A stretch of 64,000 nucleotides of DNA. Source: an uncultured Gemmatimonadaceae bacterium (GTDB lineage: Bacteria; Gemmatimonadota; Gemmatimonadetes; Gemmatimonadales; Gemmatimonadaceae). A program made the translations under genes and the position numbers. The stretch spans positions 32,001 to 96,000 of the forward strand of contig CAWGJO010000027.1 of the NCBI GenBank assembly GCA_963822945.1, read 5' to 3'. The notes beneath the pieces were generated by a model, which did no database searches, had not been told where the DNA came from, and saw nothing but the letters and a program-made list of their open reading frames with translations. This document shows positions 1 through 10,178 of the stretch, in pieces; position 1 is the first letter of the stretch, and each line of letters opens with the position of its first letter.

Positions 1-142
1 CCCGTGCTATGGTGAACCGCGATGGGTCTCCCGGTGGTCCAGAAAGCCCCTGAGGGACTGCGCACCGAATATGTCACGAAAGGCGGTGCGTGCCTATGGG
101 GAAGTGCGGATTTTTCGCCGGGAGCCGGGGTATACTCCGAAC

Positions 143-577
143 ATGACTTCCGCATCCCCCATGCTCTCGCGCGCCGGCCGAGTAGCGACCGTGACGCTCT
201 GCCTCACGGTGGTCGCCGCCGCGGCCTGCCCCACGGCCGTCCCGGATCGAGTTCCCCCGGGCAACTGGGGCGGATTGCACGCGGGGATGGTCGTCTCCGA
301 CACCGGCGCCGAGGTGCAGTACGACTGCGCCGCGGGGCGGGTCACGGCCCCCATGCTGCTCGACGCGCACGGGGACTTCGACCTGCCCGGCCTGTATATC
401 CGCACGGGGCCCGGTCCGGTTCCCGCGAACGACTCCCTGGTCCCGAAGTTCCCGGTCCGCTACACCGGACACACCGACGGCAAGACGATGACGTTCACGG
501 TGAGCGGCGACTCCGTGCCGGCGCAGCGCTTCGACATGACGTACGGCGGGAATCCGAACGTCATGAAGTGCGTGTAA
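143..577 (+). CDS. Hypothetical lipoprotein
   Basis: Hydrophobic signal ending in AAAC lipobox-like motif, followed by a beta-rich domain (WGG..AGMVV..GAEVQYDCA.G). Start is ATG 143 or 161. Confidence 0.7.
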   Translation: MTSASPMLSRAGRVATVTLCLTVVAAAACPTAVPDRVPPGNWGGLHAGMVVSDTGAEVQYDCAAGRVTAPMLLDAHGDFDLPGLYIRTGPGPVPANDSLVPKFPVRYTGHTDGKTMTFTVSGDSVPAQRFDMTYGGNPNVMKCV

Positions 578-643
578 TCGGCGACTGCCACCCGTAAGCC
601 GGGAGTGGCCGGTGGTCAGCGACCAGCCGCCGGGTACCGCGGC

Positions 644-1783
644 TCAGCGTCCGTACTTCTTCAGGATCATCCGCACGCTGTCGATCGGCACCGGATTCAC
701 CGTCCGCCCGCCATTCGTCACCGCGGTCGCCATGAAGAGTGAGTTGTAGATGGCCTCTTCCGTCGCCTCGACCACGCCTTCGAACAATCCCGACATCTCG
801 TCGTTGGTCAGCTCGGTGACGTCGGGGCGGCGCTGATCGGCCCCGCGCACCAGTGCCGGATTCGCCGAGAACGCGATCACGTAGTCGCCCGAGCCGTTGG
901 ACGCGAACGACCCCGTGCGCGCGAGCCCCATGATGGCGCGCTTGGCCAGCCGGCGCAGATTGCGGTCGAGAATGGGTGCGTCGGTGGCGACGACGATCAT
1001 GCACGACCCGTCGCCGTGCGGATTCTGCATGTTGCGCCTGAACGAATACTGCCCGAGTTCCCTTCCCACCGGCGCACCGTCCACCTGCAGAATCCCGCCG
1101 TAGTTGGTCTGCACGAGTACGCCGACGGTCCACCCGCCCAGCGACTTTGGTAGCACGCGCGACGACGTACCGATGCCACCCTTCCACCCGAAGGCGATGG
1201 TGCCGCGTCCCGCCCCCACGCTTCCCTCCGCCACCGGCCCGCTGCGGGCCGACTCGATGGCGTGCACCACCTCATCGGGCGTGATGGGCCGCGAGCGGAT
1301 GGCGTTGAGCGTCCCGTCGTTGGTTTCCCCGACCACCGGGTTGATGGACCGCACGTTCTCCATGCCCGGCTGGGCGAGCAGCCACGCCACCATCGCATCC
1401 GCGGCCCGCCACACGCACAGCGTGCAGGTGAGCAGGATCGGCGTCTCGATCTCACCAAGTTCCGCCACCTGCGTGACGCCGAGGAGCTTGCCGAAGCCGT
1501 TGCCCACGTAGATCGCCGCCGGCACGCGCTGCAGGAACATGTTGCCGGCATGCGGCAGGATCGCGGTGATGCCGGTGTGAATCGAATCGCCGTCGTCCAC
1601 CGTAGTCTGTCCCACGAGCACGCCGTTCACGTCGGTGATGGCGTTGTCGGGGCCGGGGGCGAAGATGCCGGGCGCGACGCCGAGCTGACGCGCACGCACG
1701 GGCGTCTGGGTCTGCGCCTGCAACGCGGTGGAGGCCAGCGCCAGGAGCGCGCCGGCGCGGACGAACCGTCGTGCTGTCGACAT
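644..1783 (-). CDS. dmpA: P1/S58 family aminopeptidase (DmpA-like), secreted
   Basis: NAITDVNGVLVG, GNGFGKLLG, PVVGETNDG, EGSVGAG, KGGIGTSSR and the autocleavage motif SNGSGD; signal peptide; GGAGG RBS upstream of ATG 1783. Confidence 0.9.
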   Translation of the reverse strand: MSTARRFVRAGALLALASTALQAQTQTPVRARQLGVAPGIFAPGPDNAITDVNGVLVGQTTVDDGDSIHTGITAILPHAGNMFLQRVPAAIYVGNGFGKLLGVTQVAELGEIETPILLTCTLCVWRAADAMVAWLLAQPGMENVRSINPVVGETNDGTLNAIRSRPITPDEVVHAIESARSGPVAEGSVGAGRGTIAFGWKGGIGTSSRVLPKSLGGWTVGVLVQTNYGGILQVDGAPVGRELGQYSFRRNMQNPHGDGSCMIVVATDAPILDRNLRRLAKRAIMGLARTGSFASNGSGDYVIAFSANPALVRGADQRRPDVTELTNDEMSGLFEGVVEATEEAIYNSLFMATAVTNGGRTVNPVPIDSVRMILKKYGR

Positions 1784-1883
1784 CACCTGCCTCCACTCTA
1801 GGGGTCGTGCGGCGGTGCGTGCCGCGCGGGTCCAATGTACCTTGCAGCAGCGCGTCGCAGAACGCCGGCGTCCCGTCCCCGTC

Positions 1884-3515
1884 ATGGATCCTACCGAACA
1901 CTCCCCCACAGCCGCCGGCTCGCCGTCTCCGATCGTGGCATTCCTGGCCGTACTCGTGCTCGGCGCTGGTGCCCTGGCTGTGGGACTGGTTTCGGCCCCG
2001 TACAAGAGCTTCGATCTCGACCGGTTCTTCGTCCCGAAGGAACTGGTGCTGCACGTCACGGCGCTGCTCGTGGCGCTCCCGCTCGTGCTCCGGCGGCGGC
2101 GCATCGGGCTCTCCGGCGTCGACCTGCTGCTGGCGCTCTTCCTGGGGCTGAGCGTGCTCTCGGCGCTGTTCGCTGCCAACTACTGGCTCGCGGCTCGCGC
2201 CCTGGCGGTGACCTGGTCGAGCCTCGTGCTCTTCTGGGCCACGACGGCAATCGCCGCGGGCCGCCCCCGGCGCGAACGGACCATCGTGGCGGTGTTGGTG
2301 CTGGCGGTGCTGGCCACGGTCGGCACGGCGCTCGTCCAGGCGTACGGCATCGACTCCGTGCACTTCAGCCTCAATCGGGCGCCCGGCGGGACGCTGGGCA
2401 ACCGGAACTTCGCTGCCCACCTGGCGGCGATTGCCACGCCGTTGCTCGTGGTCGCGGCGGTGGGCGCCCGCCGCCGCTTCTCGTCGTTGGTGGCCACGGT
2501 GGCGCTGGCGGTCGTCTCGGCCGTGCTCGTGCTGTCGCGCACGCGAGCCGCGTGGGTGGCCCTCGCCGCGTGCGTCGTGGTGCTCCTGCCCGCCGTGTGG
2601 AGGGCGCGTGTCCGCTGGCAGGTGGTGGGCATGCGACGGCGTCTCCTGCTCAACCTGCTGGTGGTGGCGGTCACGGTCGCCGGGGCCGTGTTCCTTCCCA
2701 ACTCGCTCGACTGGCGGAGTGCGTCGCCCTATCTGGACTCCGTAAAGAGCATCACGGACTACAAGGCGGGGAGCGGCCACGGCCGGCTGGTGCAGTACAC
2801 GAACTCGTTGCGGCTGGCCCTGCGGCATCCGGTGCTCGGCGTGGGGCCGGGCAACTGGTCGGTGGAGTACCCGGCGATCGTGAAGCGCGACGATCCCTCG
2901 CTCAGCCAGGACACCGGCATGACCGACAATCCATGGCCGAGCAGCGACTGGATGGCGTTCGTCTCGGAGCGTGGCCCGCTGGCGGCGATCGTGCTGGCGC
3001 TGGCCTGGCTGCTGCTCATTGCCGATGCGGGACGACAGATGCTCGTGGCCGAGGAGTTGGACGCGTATCTGCGGGGGCTGGCGCTGGCCGGCGTGGTGAT
3101 CGCCACCGCGATCGTCGGGATGTTCGACGCCGTGCTGCTGCTGCCGGCGCCGGCCCTCATCGTCTTCTCGGCGCTCGGCGCACTGCGCAGTCCGCCGCGG
3201 CGGCGGGCCCTCGAACTCGGAGGGCGCGCCCGCGTGGCGTTGGTTGGGTCGGTGGTGGTGCTCGGCGCGCTGGCGAGCGCGCGGAGCGCGCTCATGCTCG
3301 ACGCCATGCGGCGGTACGAACACGGCGCCGTGGCCACGGCGGCGCGCGAGGATCCGGGCAACTATCGCATTCAGATGCGATTGGCCGAGGCGGCGCAGTC
3401 GCGCGGGCGATGCGACCTGGTGAAGGCGCATGCCGGCGCCGCCCGGTCGCTCTTCCCACACGCCCTGCAGCCGCGCCGACTACTCGCGGCGTGCGCGCGC
3501 TCAGCGAGCCGGTGA
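1884..3515 (+). CDS. O-antigen ligase (Wzy_C) family membrane protein
   Basis: Many TM helices; RAPGGTLGNRNFAA, LVLSRTRAAWVAL, HPVLGVGPGNW motifs; C-terminal TPR-like helices. Confidence 0.8.
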   Translation: MDPTEHSPTAAGSPSPIVAFLAVLVLGAGALAVGLVSAPYKSFDLDRFFVPKELVLHVTALLVALPLVLRRRRIGLSGVDLLLALFLGLSVLSALFAANYWLAARALAVTWSSLVLFWATTAIAAGRPRRERTIVAVLVLAVLATVGTALVQAYGIDSVHFSLNRAPGGTLGNRNFAAHLAAIATPLLVVAAVGARRRFSSLVATVALAVVSAVLVLSRTRAAWVALAACVVVLLPAVWRARVRWQVVGMRRRLLLNLLVVAVTVAGAVFLPNSLDWRSASPYLDSVKSITDYKAGSGHGRLVQYTNSLRLALRHPVLGVGPGNWSVEYPAIVKRDDPSLSQDTGMTDNPWPSSDWMAFVSERGPLAAIVLALAWLLLIADAGRQMLVAEELDAYLRGLALAGVVIATAIVGMFDAVLLLPAPALIVFSALGALRSPPRRRALELGGRARVALVGSVVVLGALASARSALMLDAMRRYEHGAVATAAREDPGNYRIQMRLAEAAQSRGRCDLVKAHAGAARSLFPHALQPRRLLAACARSASR

Positions 3516-5078
3516 GTTCGCCCGCCCGGGAGGCGCGGCGTTCACGCCGAACACGTATAGATCCTGCGTACTGTCCACCGGCACGAGCCGCGGTCCCGCC
3601 GCCGTGTCGGCCGCCAACGTGCGGGCCGCGTCCAGTTCGTCGGTGGCCTGCACCACCAGGTAGCGCGCGCCCGTGGCCTCCAGTATCCGCCGCAGGTCGT
3701 CGGCGTTCTCGCGCGGTGTGCGGGGCCGCAGATACTGCACCGCCGTGAACGCCGCCGACGGAACGGCCTGCCGCTCGGCGTACAGATAGAGCATCGGCTC
3801 TCCAGCACCCGCCACGACGTCGTCGCGCTGGACGTGCGCGCGTACCCAGCGAATGACCGGCTCCGCCTGGCTGGTCGTGGAGCGTGGGATGCTCTCCCAC
3901 CAACTGCCGCGATACCCGCGCACGTTGTACCGCAGGAGGCCGGGCACCAGTAGCAGCGCGACGACCGCGACGGCGATTCGCAGCGCGGATGGGTGTTCGG
4001 CACGAGCCTGCAGCACTTCGAGCGGCACCAACAGCAGCGCCATCAGTACCGGCCAGATGCCCCAGACGAAGCGAAGCGGCTGGTTGGGCCACACGATCAC
4101 CAGCCCGAGATAGAGCGCCAGGAAGAGGAGCGTCACCGGCGCCCGGCCGCGGGCGCGCCACACCCCGTAGCCCAGCATGAGCCCGAGCGCCAGCGCCGTG
4201 CCCGCCGCGACGAACGGCATCGATGCGTACTGGAACGACGTGGCGACGCCCAACAGCAGCGTGTGAACGTTCACACGCGCGGTCGCGATCACGAACGGCA
4301 GGCCGCCGGTGTGCACCCCGCCCAGAAACCACCCCAGATAGCTGCCATACGAGCCGCGGAGCACCGGCGCCACGTCGCCGGCGTGCACCGACGACCAGAG
4401 CAGCCAGGGAGAGGCGACGAGCAGCGCCGCGCCCAGATACCAGGCGGCCGCACGCCAGTGCCGCCGCACCAGCCACACCACCAGCACCGCAACCACGAGC
4501 AAGACGCCGATGCTGCGCACCAGCATCACCGCCGCGCTCAGCGCGCCCAACACCGCGGCGCCTCGCCGCGTGGGCGGCGGCTGCCGCGTCATGCGCTCGG
4601 CCAGCAACAACGCCGGCAGCAGCAGCGCCAGGAACAACGGCTCCGACAGCACCAGCGTGGCGAGCACGAGCATCGGGATCGTGATCGTGCCGAGCAGCGC
4701 AGCCAGCATCGCGACCGCCGGCGAGAGCAGGAGGACGCGCACCGCGAACCGGCAGGTCATCCAGGCGATGACGCTGAGCAGCAGCACGTTCAGCAGCTTG
4801 AACCAGAGTACGTTGGCGGGGAACGCCGGCCCGAGCTTCCAGATCACGGCCAGGAGCAACGGATAGCCGGGCGGGTAGTGCACGGCCGCCGGCGTGCCCG
4901 GCAGATTGAGGAATCGATAGCCCTGTCCCGTAGCCAGCGACTTTGCGAGAATCGTGTAGAGGCCGTCGTCGTAGAAGCCGCCCACCGGCAGGTAGTTCAG
5001 CGCGATCAGCCCCACGATGGCCGCGATGATGGCCACCGTGGTCTCGGCGGGAATCACGATGCGATCCGAATCGCTCAT
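3501..5078 (-). CDS. GT-C fold (PMT/ArnT-like) membrane glycosyltransferase
   Basis: DD motif after TM1 (FYDDGLYTILAKSLATGQGY), YPPGYPLLLA, LSEPLF, multiple TMs and a C-terminal periplasmic domain. Confidence 0.7.
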   Translation of the reverse strand: MSDSDRIVIPAETTVAIIAAIVGLIALNYLPVGGFYDDGLYTILAKSLATGQGYRFLNLPGTPAAVHYPPGYPLLLAVIWKLGPAFPANVLWFKLLNVLLLSVIAWMTCRFAVRVLLLSPAVAMLAALLGTITIPMLVLATLVLSEPLFLALLLPALLLAERMTRQPPPTRRGAAVLGALSAAVMLVRSIGVLLVVAVLVVWLVRRHWRAAAWYLGAALLVASPWLLWSSVHAGDVAPVLRGSYGSYLGWFLGGVHTGGLPFVIATARVNVHTLLLGVATSFQYASMPFVAAGTALALGLMLGYGVWRARGRAPVTLLFLALYLGLVIVWPNQPLRFVWGIWPVLMALLLVPLEVLQARAEHPSALRIAVAVVALLLVPGLLRYNVRGYRGSWWESIPRSTTSQAEPVIRWVRAHVQRDDVVAGAGEPMLYLYAERQAVPSAAFTAVQYLRPRTPRENADDLRRILEATGARYLVVQATDELDAARTLAADTAAGPRLVPVDSTQDLYVFGVNAAPPGRANSPAR

Positions 5079-5713
5079 GAGGCCCGGTACCGGAAGCAGG
5101 TCACGAGATGGTCGTTCACCAGACCCACGGCCTGCATGAACGCATAGCAGATGGTGGTGCCGACGAAGCGGAAGCCGCGCGTCTTGAGGTCGCGGCTCAG
5201 CGCATCCGACTCCCGAGTACTCGCCGGCACGCTGCCCGGCGACCGGCGGCGGTTGACCAGCGGCGCGCCGTCCACGAACCGCCAGACGTACGCGTCGAAG
5301 CTGCCGAACTCCCGTTGCACGTCCAGAAACGCGCGGGCGTTGGTGATCGCACTCGCCACCTTGAGCCGGTTGCGCACGATGCCCGGATTGGCGAGCAGTT
5401 GCTTCTCACGCACCGGGGAGAACCGCGCCACCGCTACCGGGTCGAATCCCGCAAACGCCTTCCGGTACGCATCCCGCTTGCGGAGAATCGTCTCCCAACT
5501 CAGCCCGGCCTGCGCGCCCTCGAGCGTGAGGAATTCAAAGAACACCTGGTCGTCGTGGACGGGGACGCCCCACTCGGTATCATGGTAGGCGATGCCCCGT
5601 GGTGACGTGGCCCAACTGCACCGCACGGGCGCGTCGCGCCGCGACGCGGCGGCCTCCGGTTCTGGCGCCGGAGGGGACGCGGATGGCGATCGGCGCGGCC
5701 GGGTGTTGGACAT
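5075..5713 (-). CDS. tag: DNA-3-methyladenine glycosylase I
   Basis: RCSW, YHDTEWGVP, LEGAQAGLSW, FRFVGTT, QAVGLVNDHLVTC. Confidence 0.95.
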   Translation of the reverse strand: MSNTRPRRSPSASPPAPEPEAAASRRDAPVRCSWATSPRGIAYHDTEWGVPVHDDQVFFEFLTLEGAQAGLSWETILRKRDAYRKAFAGFDPVAVARFSPVREKQLLANPGIVRNRLKVASAITNARAFLDVQREFGSFDAYVWRFVDGAPLVNRRRSPGSVPASTRESDALSRDLKTRGFRFVGTTICYAFMQAVGLVNDHLVTCFRYRAS

Positions 5714-5757
5714 TGGCTAACAACCTGCGCCCGCCGCGTCGGAAAGTAAACGGGCCG

Positions 5758-6990
5758 CTACTCGTGCCGGATGGCCTCGATGGGCGACAGGCGGGCCGCC
5801 TTGATGGCCGGGTACAACCCGAACCCAATGCCCACCGCCAACGACGCTCCGGCCGCCACGAGCAGCGTGCTCACGGACAAGCCGGCGTATATCGTGGCCC
5901 GCGTCCGCATGCGCATGAGCGCCGTGACGGCATACGCCGCCCCCACGCCGAAGCCGGCGCCGAGGACGGCGCCCACTCCCGAAATCGCAACCGACTCGGC
6001 GAGGAACTGCATCATGATCTCACGCTTGCGGGCGCCGGTCGCACGGCGAATGCCGATCTCGCGGGTCCGCTCGGCCACGCTGGCCAGGAGCACGTTCATG
6101 ATCCCGATGCCGCCCACGACGAGTGAGATGCCGGTGAGCGCTCCCATCAGGAGCTTGAACAGCAGCAGCCCCTGCTGCACCTGCGCGATCCGGTACTGGT
6201 TGGTCGCCACGCTCACGCGGCTCTTCCACGCCGTGTCGCCGGCGGCCAGCCAGCGTTCCACGGCGGCGCGCGCCGCCTCCACCTGGTTCACACTGTCCAC
6301 GTGCACCAGCATCGCCGGCACGCGACCCGAGGCGCTCGCCGTCATGGCGTTCTCGGCGCCGGTGAGCGGCACGAACGCCTGCAGGGCCGTGGAGTCGGCG
6401 CCCGCCGCGACGATTCCGATCACCCGGCGGTCGCCGCCCTCGATCGTGACCGTGGAGTCGCGCAACGACGTCACCGGCGCGTCACCGGCCAGGGCGCGCG
6501 CCAGCCCGTACGAGAGCACCACGACCGGACTCCCGTCACGCGCTTCCTGCGCGTTGAGGAACCGGCCCGCCTCCAGCTTCAGATCGCGCATTGCGGCCAG
6601 CGCGGGCACGGTGCCCATCACGGCGGCGCCGCGCGCCGGCATGGCGCCGCGACGCACGAGCGCGCTTCCGTTCAGCAGCAACCCCACCTGCGCGGGCACC
6701 GGCAGCATCCGCTGCAGGCTGTCGGCGTCGGCGATCGTGAATACGCGGACGTCGCGGCGCGGGAACGACTGGCCGTCGACCTCCCGCGTGGTGAGCGCGC
6801 GCACCTGGACGTACTGCAGCGACGACGTCTGATCGATCTGCGCGCGCGCGAAGTGTTCCATGCCGTCGCCGAGCGACAGCACGGACACCAGGGCCGCCAC
6901 GCCCATGACCACGCCCAGCGTCGAGAGCAGGGTACGGAGCGGGTTGGCGCGGAGCGCGGTGAATCCGACCTTCAGCGAAGCCGTGGTCAT
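5758..6990 (-). CDS. MacB/FtsX-like ABC transporter permease
   Basis: RTLLSTLGVVMGV; ISLVVGGIGIMNVLLASVAERTREIGIR; PAIKAARLSPIEAIRHE. Confidence 0.92.
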   Translation of the reverse strand: MTTASLKVGFTALRANPLRTLLSTLGVVMGVAALVSVLSLGDGMEHFARAQIDQTSSLQYVQVRALTTREVDGQSFPRRDVRVFTIADADSLQRMLPVPAQVGLLLNGSALVRRGAMPARGAAVMGTVPALAAMRDLKLEAGRFLNAQEARDGSPVVVLSYGLARALAGDAPVTSLRDSTVTIEGGDRRVIGIVAAGADSTALQAFVPLTGAENAMTASASGRVPAMLVHVDSVNQVEAARAAVERWLAAGDTAWKSRVSVATNQYRIAQVQQGLLLFKLLMGALTGISLVVGGIGIMNVLLASVAERTREIGIRRATGARKREIMMQFLAESVAISGVGAVLGAGFGVGAAYAVTALMRMRTRATIYAGLSVSTLLVAAGASLAVGIGFGLYPAIKAARLSPIEAIRHE

Positions 6991-7044
6991 TGAGCGCGGG
7001 AAGGGGATGAGTGCGGCGTGGCCGGCCTCAGCGTCCTACGACGA

Positions 7045-9405
7045 TCAGAAGCGCGCCGTCAAGTAGAGGTCTGCCCGCCACTGCTTGCGCGGATAGAGTC
7101 CGCGCGCGAGGTCGAATCGGATGAGCCCGTCCAGGATGCCCAGTCCAACTCCGACCCCGCTCATCGGACGCCCCACGTCGCGCATCCGCGTGCGGTCGCC
7201 GGTCCAGCCCAGATCGCCGAACAGGGACGGCTGCACACCATCGTGGTTGAGGCCCAGTTCGGCGCGCGTGAACCAGTAGGCATTGCCGCGCTGCAGCGTG
7301 TCGGGCTGCTGGCCGCGAATGGTATGGGCCCCGCCCAGATACCACAGCCGCTGCGCCGGCACCGCACCCACCGAACTCCCGCCCGACAGCGTGATCGTGC
7401 CGGCCAGCGGGCCGGCCGCGTCGGCGAAGCTGAGTTCCAGCGAGCCGCGACCGTACGCGGAGTCGCCGGTAGCCGCTTCGAGCCGCAGATCGGAGAGCAC
7501 GCGGAATCCCTGGGGATCCTCGCCGTGGCTCCCGCGCACCCGCAGCGCGCCGCCGGCATAGTTGCCACGCCGCGCCGTGATGTTCGGGATGAACGGTGCG
7601 CCCAGCGACCAGTGGTTCTTCACCGCCGCACTGCGCTCCTGTTCGGCGAACAGCCGCCAGTCGTAGTCGAGACCGCGCGTGTTGGTGCCCGTGAGTTCCA
7701 CGCCGGAGCTGCGGTAGTAGAAGCCCTCGTCGCGCCCGAACAGCAGGGCGGAGAGGGAACTGCCGAAGCTCAGCGGGTCTCCCCAGTCGCCCACGGCGTT
7801 GAGCCGGTTGTAGCCGGTGAGGCCGATGGTCGTGGCGCCGTTGCTCCGGTTCACGTTCAGTTCCGCATTCGGCTCCAGGTCGGCGATGCCGAGCCGCGCC
7901 GTGAGCGATCCCGCGTACCCGGCCCCGAACTGTTCATCTACCCGCGCCCCTACCGACAAGCCCTCGATGCGGTTGAAGCGCAGCATGTCGAGGCCGTAGT
8001 GCAGCGTGGGGGGCATCGGCGAGAAGTGCGCCTGGGCGGAGAGCGAGAGTGCCTGGGAAATGAGCGCGTCGCGTTCGGCGGTGCCGGCGAGATCCTCGCC
8101 CGGCTCGTAGATCGACTTGGGGAGCAGCGGCGAGGTGGCGAGCTGGGACTGGTCGCAGGGCACCTGGTAGGCCACGCGGAGCAGGCCGTCGTGCTCCAGG
8201 CGCGTCCGGGTGACGAACTTCGCCGTGTCGCACTGCGACACCGGTTTCGGCTTCAGGCCTTTGCGGATCGAGTCGCGTTGCGCGCGCTCCTCCGCCCGTC
8301 GCTCCCTGCGAAGGCTGTCCTTCACCGCCTCGGGCAGCGAATCCGGAATTGCGGGACGTTGCAGGGCGATCTGCGGCAACGAGTCGCGGCCATTCACCGA
8401 CGAATACTGGTAGCTCTGCTCCATCTTGAACGGGACGTGCATGAAGCTGACCTGGGCGTCGCCCTGCGCGCTCTGCAGCCTCGGCAGCCAGAACCGCCCG
8501 TTGTAGAGTCCGTACTCGATGGCGACGGCGGTCACCTGCGCGCGCATCGGCGACATCATGGCCTTCACCCAACCCGGGACGTCGTCCTCGTTGTCGTTGG
8601 CCTTGGCCTCCTCGTCGACCACCGCCCAGATGTCCATCGGAATCGACATTCGGAACGCGGCCCGCACGAGCTGCCCACTGGAGACGTCGAACCAGAGCGA
8701 CCCGACGACGACGTTCCACTTCGGGTGCCGCGGGCGCACTTTGAGTTCGCGCAGCTGGATGACTTTGCCGTCGGGCAGCCGGAAGCTCATCGAGTCGCCT
8801 GTGGCGTACGTGTAGTAGGCCTCGGCCCCGCCGGCCAGCGGGTGCACGATCTCGCGCTCGTCCACCTGCGCCTTGGCCACGCCGCCGCCGATCCAGAGCG
8901 ATTCGTAGCCCGGATAGTACGGAATGGTGCCCATGTCATCTTCGTTCATGCCGGCGTTGGCGGAGTCCTGCGCCTCGGAGGGGGCGATCGGGATGGCGGT
9001 GCGGGAGCCCTTCAGTTCCACCCAGGCGCCGACGCCGCGCTGCCAGCGCACACGTGTGGCGTCCTCGTGGCGGAACATCAGGCGATCGCGGCCGATGCTG
9101 CCGATGCCCAGGCCGGCGGAGATGCGCTGGTACGTGGTCGCGTCGTAGGAAACGAGCGCGGAGTCCTGCTGCATCCGGGCCGCGCGCGCCCTGAGCAACA
9201 GCGTCCGCGCCGCCGAATCCTTGAAGGCGGTGCGCAGCAACTCCGGGGTCAGGGGGATCCGGCGCGGGAGGTCCTTCTCACGCCGGGTCGTGTCGGTGCC
9301 CCCGATCGAAATCGAGACGGAGGCCGAGTGCTTCTTGCTGGAATCACGGCCCGCGTGGACCTGCACCTGCATGGCGAGCGCGGCGGCGGCAACGAGTGCG
9401 AACAT
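7045..9405 (-). CDS. Outer-membrane protein with large N-terminal domain and C-terminal beta-barrel
   Basis: Signal peptide; RFNRIEGLSVG at barrel start; amphipathic strands; C-terminal LYLTARF (BAM signal). Confidence 0.7.
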   Translation of the reverse strand: MFALVAAAALAMQVQVHAGRDSSKKHSASVSISIGGTDTTRREKDLPRRIPLTPELLRTAFKDSAARTLLLRARAARMQQDSALVSYDATTYQRISAGLGIGSIGRDRLMFRHEDATRVRWQRGVGAWVELKGSRTAIPIAPSEAQDSANAGMNEDDMGTIPYYPGYESLWIGGGVAKAQVDEREIVHPLAGGAEAYYTYATGDSMSFRLPDGKVIQLRELKVRPRHPKWNVVVGSLWFDVSSGQLVRAAFRMSIPMDIWAVVDEEAKANDNEDDVPGWVKAMMSPMRAQVTAVAIEYGLYNGRFWLPRLQSAQGDAQVSFMHVPFKMEQSYQYSSVNGRDSLPQIALQRPAIPDSLPEAVKDSLRRERRAEERAQRDSIRKGLKPKPVSQCDTAKFVTRTRLEHDGLLRVAYQVPCDQSQLATSPLLPKSIYEPGEDLAGTAERDALISQALSLSAQAHFSPMPPTLHYGLDMLRFNRIEGLSVGARVDEQFGAGYAGSLTARLGIADLEPNAELNVNRSNGATTIGLTGYNRLNAVGDWGDPLSFGSSLSALLFGRDEGFYYRSSGVELTGTNTRGLDYDWRLFAEQERSAAVKNHWSLGAPFIPNITARRGNYAGGALRVRGSHGEDPQGFRVLSDLRLEAATGDSAYGRGSLELSFADAAGPLAGTITLSGGSSVGAVPAQRLWYLGGAHTIRGQQPDTLQRGNAYWFTRAELGLNHDGVQPSLFGDLGWTGDRTRMRDVGRPMSGVGVGLGILDGLIRFDLARGLYPRKQWRADLYLTARF

Positions 9406-9433
9406 CGTGGTGGGCTTGAGGTTCGCGGTTCCC

Positions 9434-9460
9434 TACGCCCGGGGCCGGGCCGGTGTTTCA
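9434..9460 (-). promoter_or_regulatory. Candidate ECF sigma promoter TGAAAC-N17-CGTA
   Basis: Minus strand reads tgaaac accggcccggccccggg cgta, about 30 nt upstream of the 9405 start. Confidence 0.5.
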
Positions 9461-9526
9461 GCGGCCGGGCCAGCCGGGAGGTGTTCGAAATCCCGACGCG
9501 ACCGAGCCTCCGGCTTCGGACATCCG

Positions 9527-9976
9527 CTATTTGCGGGTGTAAGTACGCGCTCCGTCGCCGATCGACAGGAAGAGCGTGTTCCAGCCGCCAAGCGACATTG
9601 TTCCCGTTCGTCCGCTGCCGGGGAACGAGAGGGTCCAGGATCCCGTTGCCAGGAGCTTGAATGTGCCCTGGTCTCTCGCCGTGAACGGGGTGCCGGTCGG
9701 GGTCCAGTAATAGGGGGCCGAGAAGACTCCGCTCGACGTAAAGGTGCCGGACTCAACGAGCGTCCCGTCGTTGTTGACGGTGAGCTCGTCGTTCACCACG
9801 ATCCCCATCGTATCGCCCCAAAACGGGGTGATTCTGACCGGCGGCTGCAGCCCGTCGAGACGGATCAGCGTCCAGGACCCGACTGGCGTGTTGCCCACTG
9901 GATCAGCGGGACTGCTGCCCCCACCGCACCCCACGACGAGAAGGAGCGCCACGAAGGCGAATCGATAGCCTTTCAC
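9527..9976 (-). CDS. Hypothetical lipoprotein, lipocalin-like
   Basis: GTG start; LLVVGC lipobox; PVGSWTL motif; codon usage less GC-biased than neighbours. Confidence 0.6.
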   Translation of the reverse strand: MKGYRFAFVALLLVVGCGGGSSPADPVGNTPVGSWTLIRLDGLQPPVRITPFWGDTMGIVVNDELTVNNDGTLVESGTFTSSGVFSAPYYWTPTGTPFTARDQGTFKLLATGSWTLSFPGSGRTGTMSLGGWNTLFLSIGDGARTYTRK

Positions 9977-10178
9977 AACGGCCTCCAGAGAGGGGTTCAC
10001 AACGCGCGACAATCTTGCGTTGGCGACCCGGCAATCCGCTAGCCGCGACACAAATTAAAGATTTCTAACGAGAATCGCCGTGGAATCGGCGGGCCGGATT
10101 GCGCGACGCTTCCCTCCCGCGGACGCTCGCGACACGATGCCACCGGGGCCGCTCGCGGCTTCCGGCGGCGCCGGGTGG

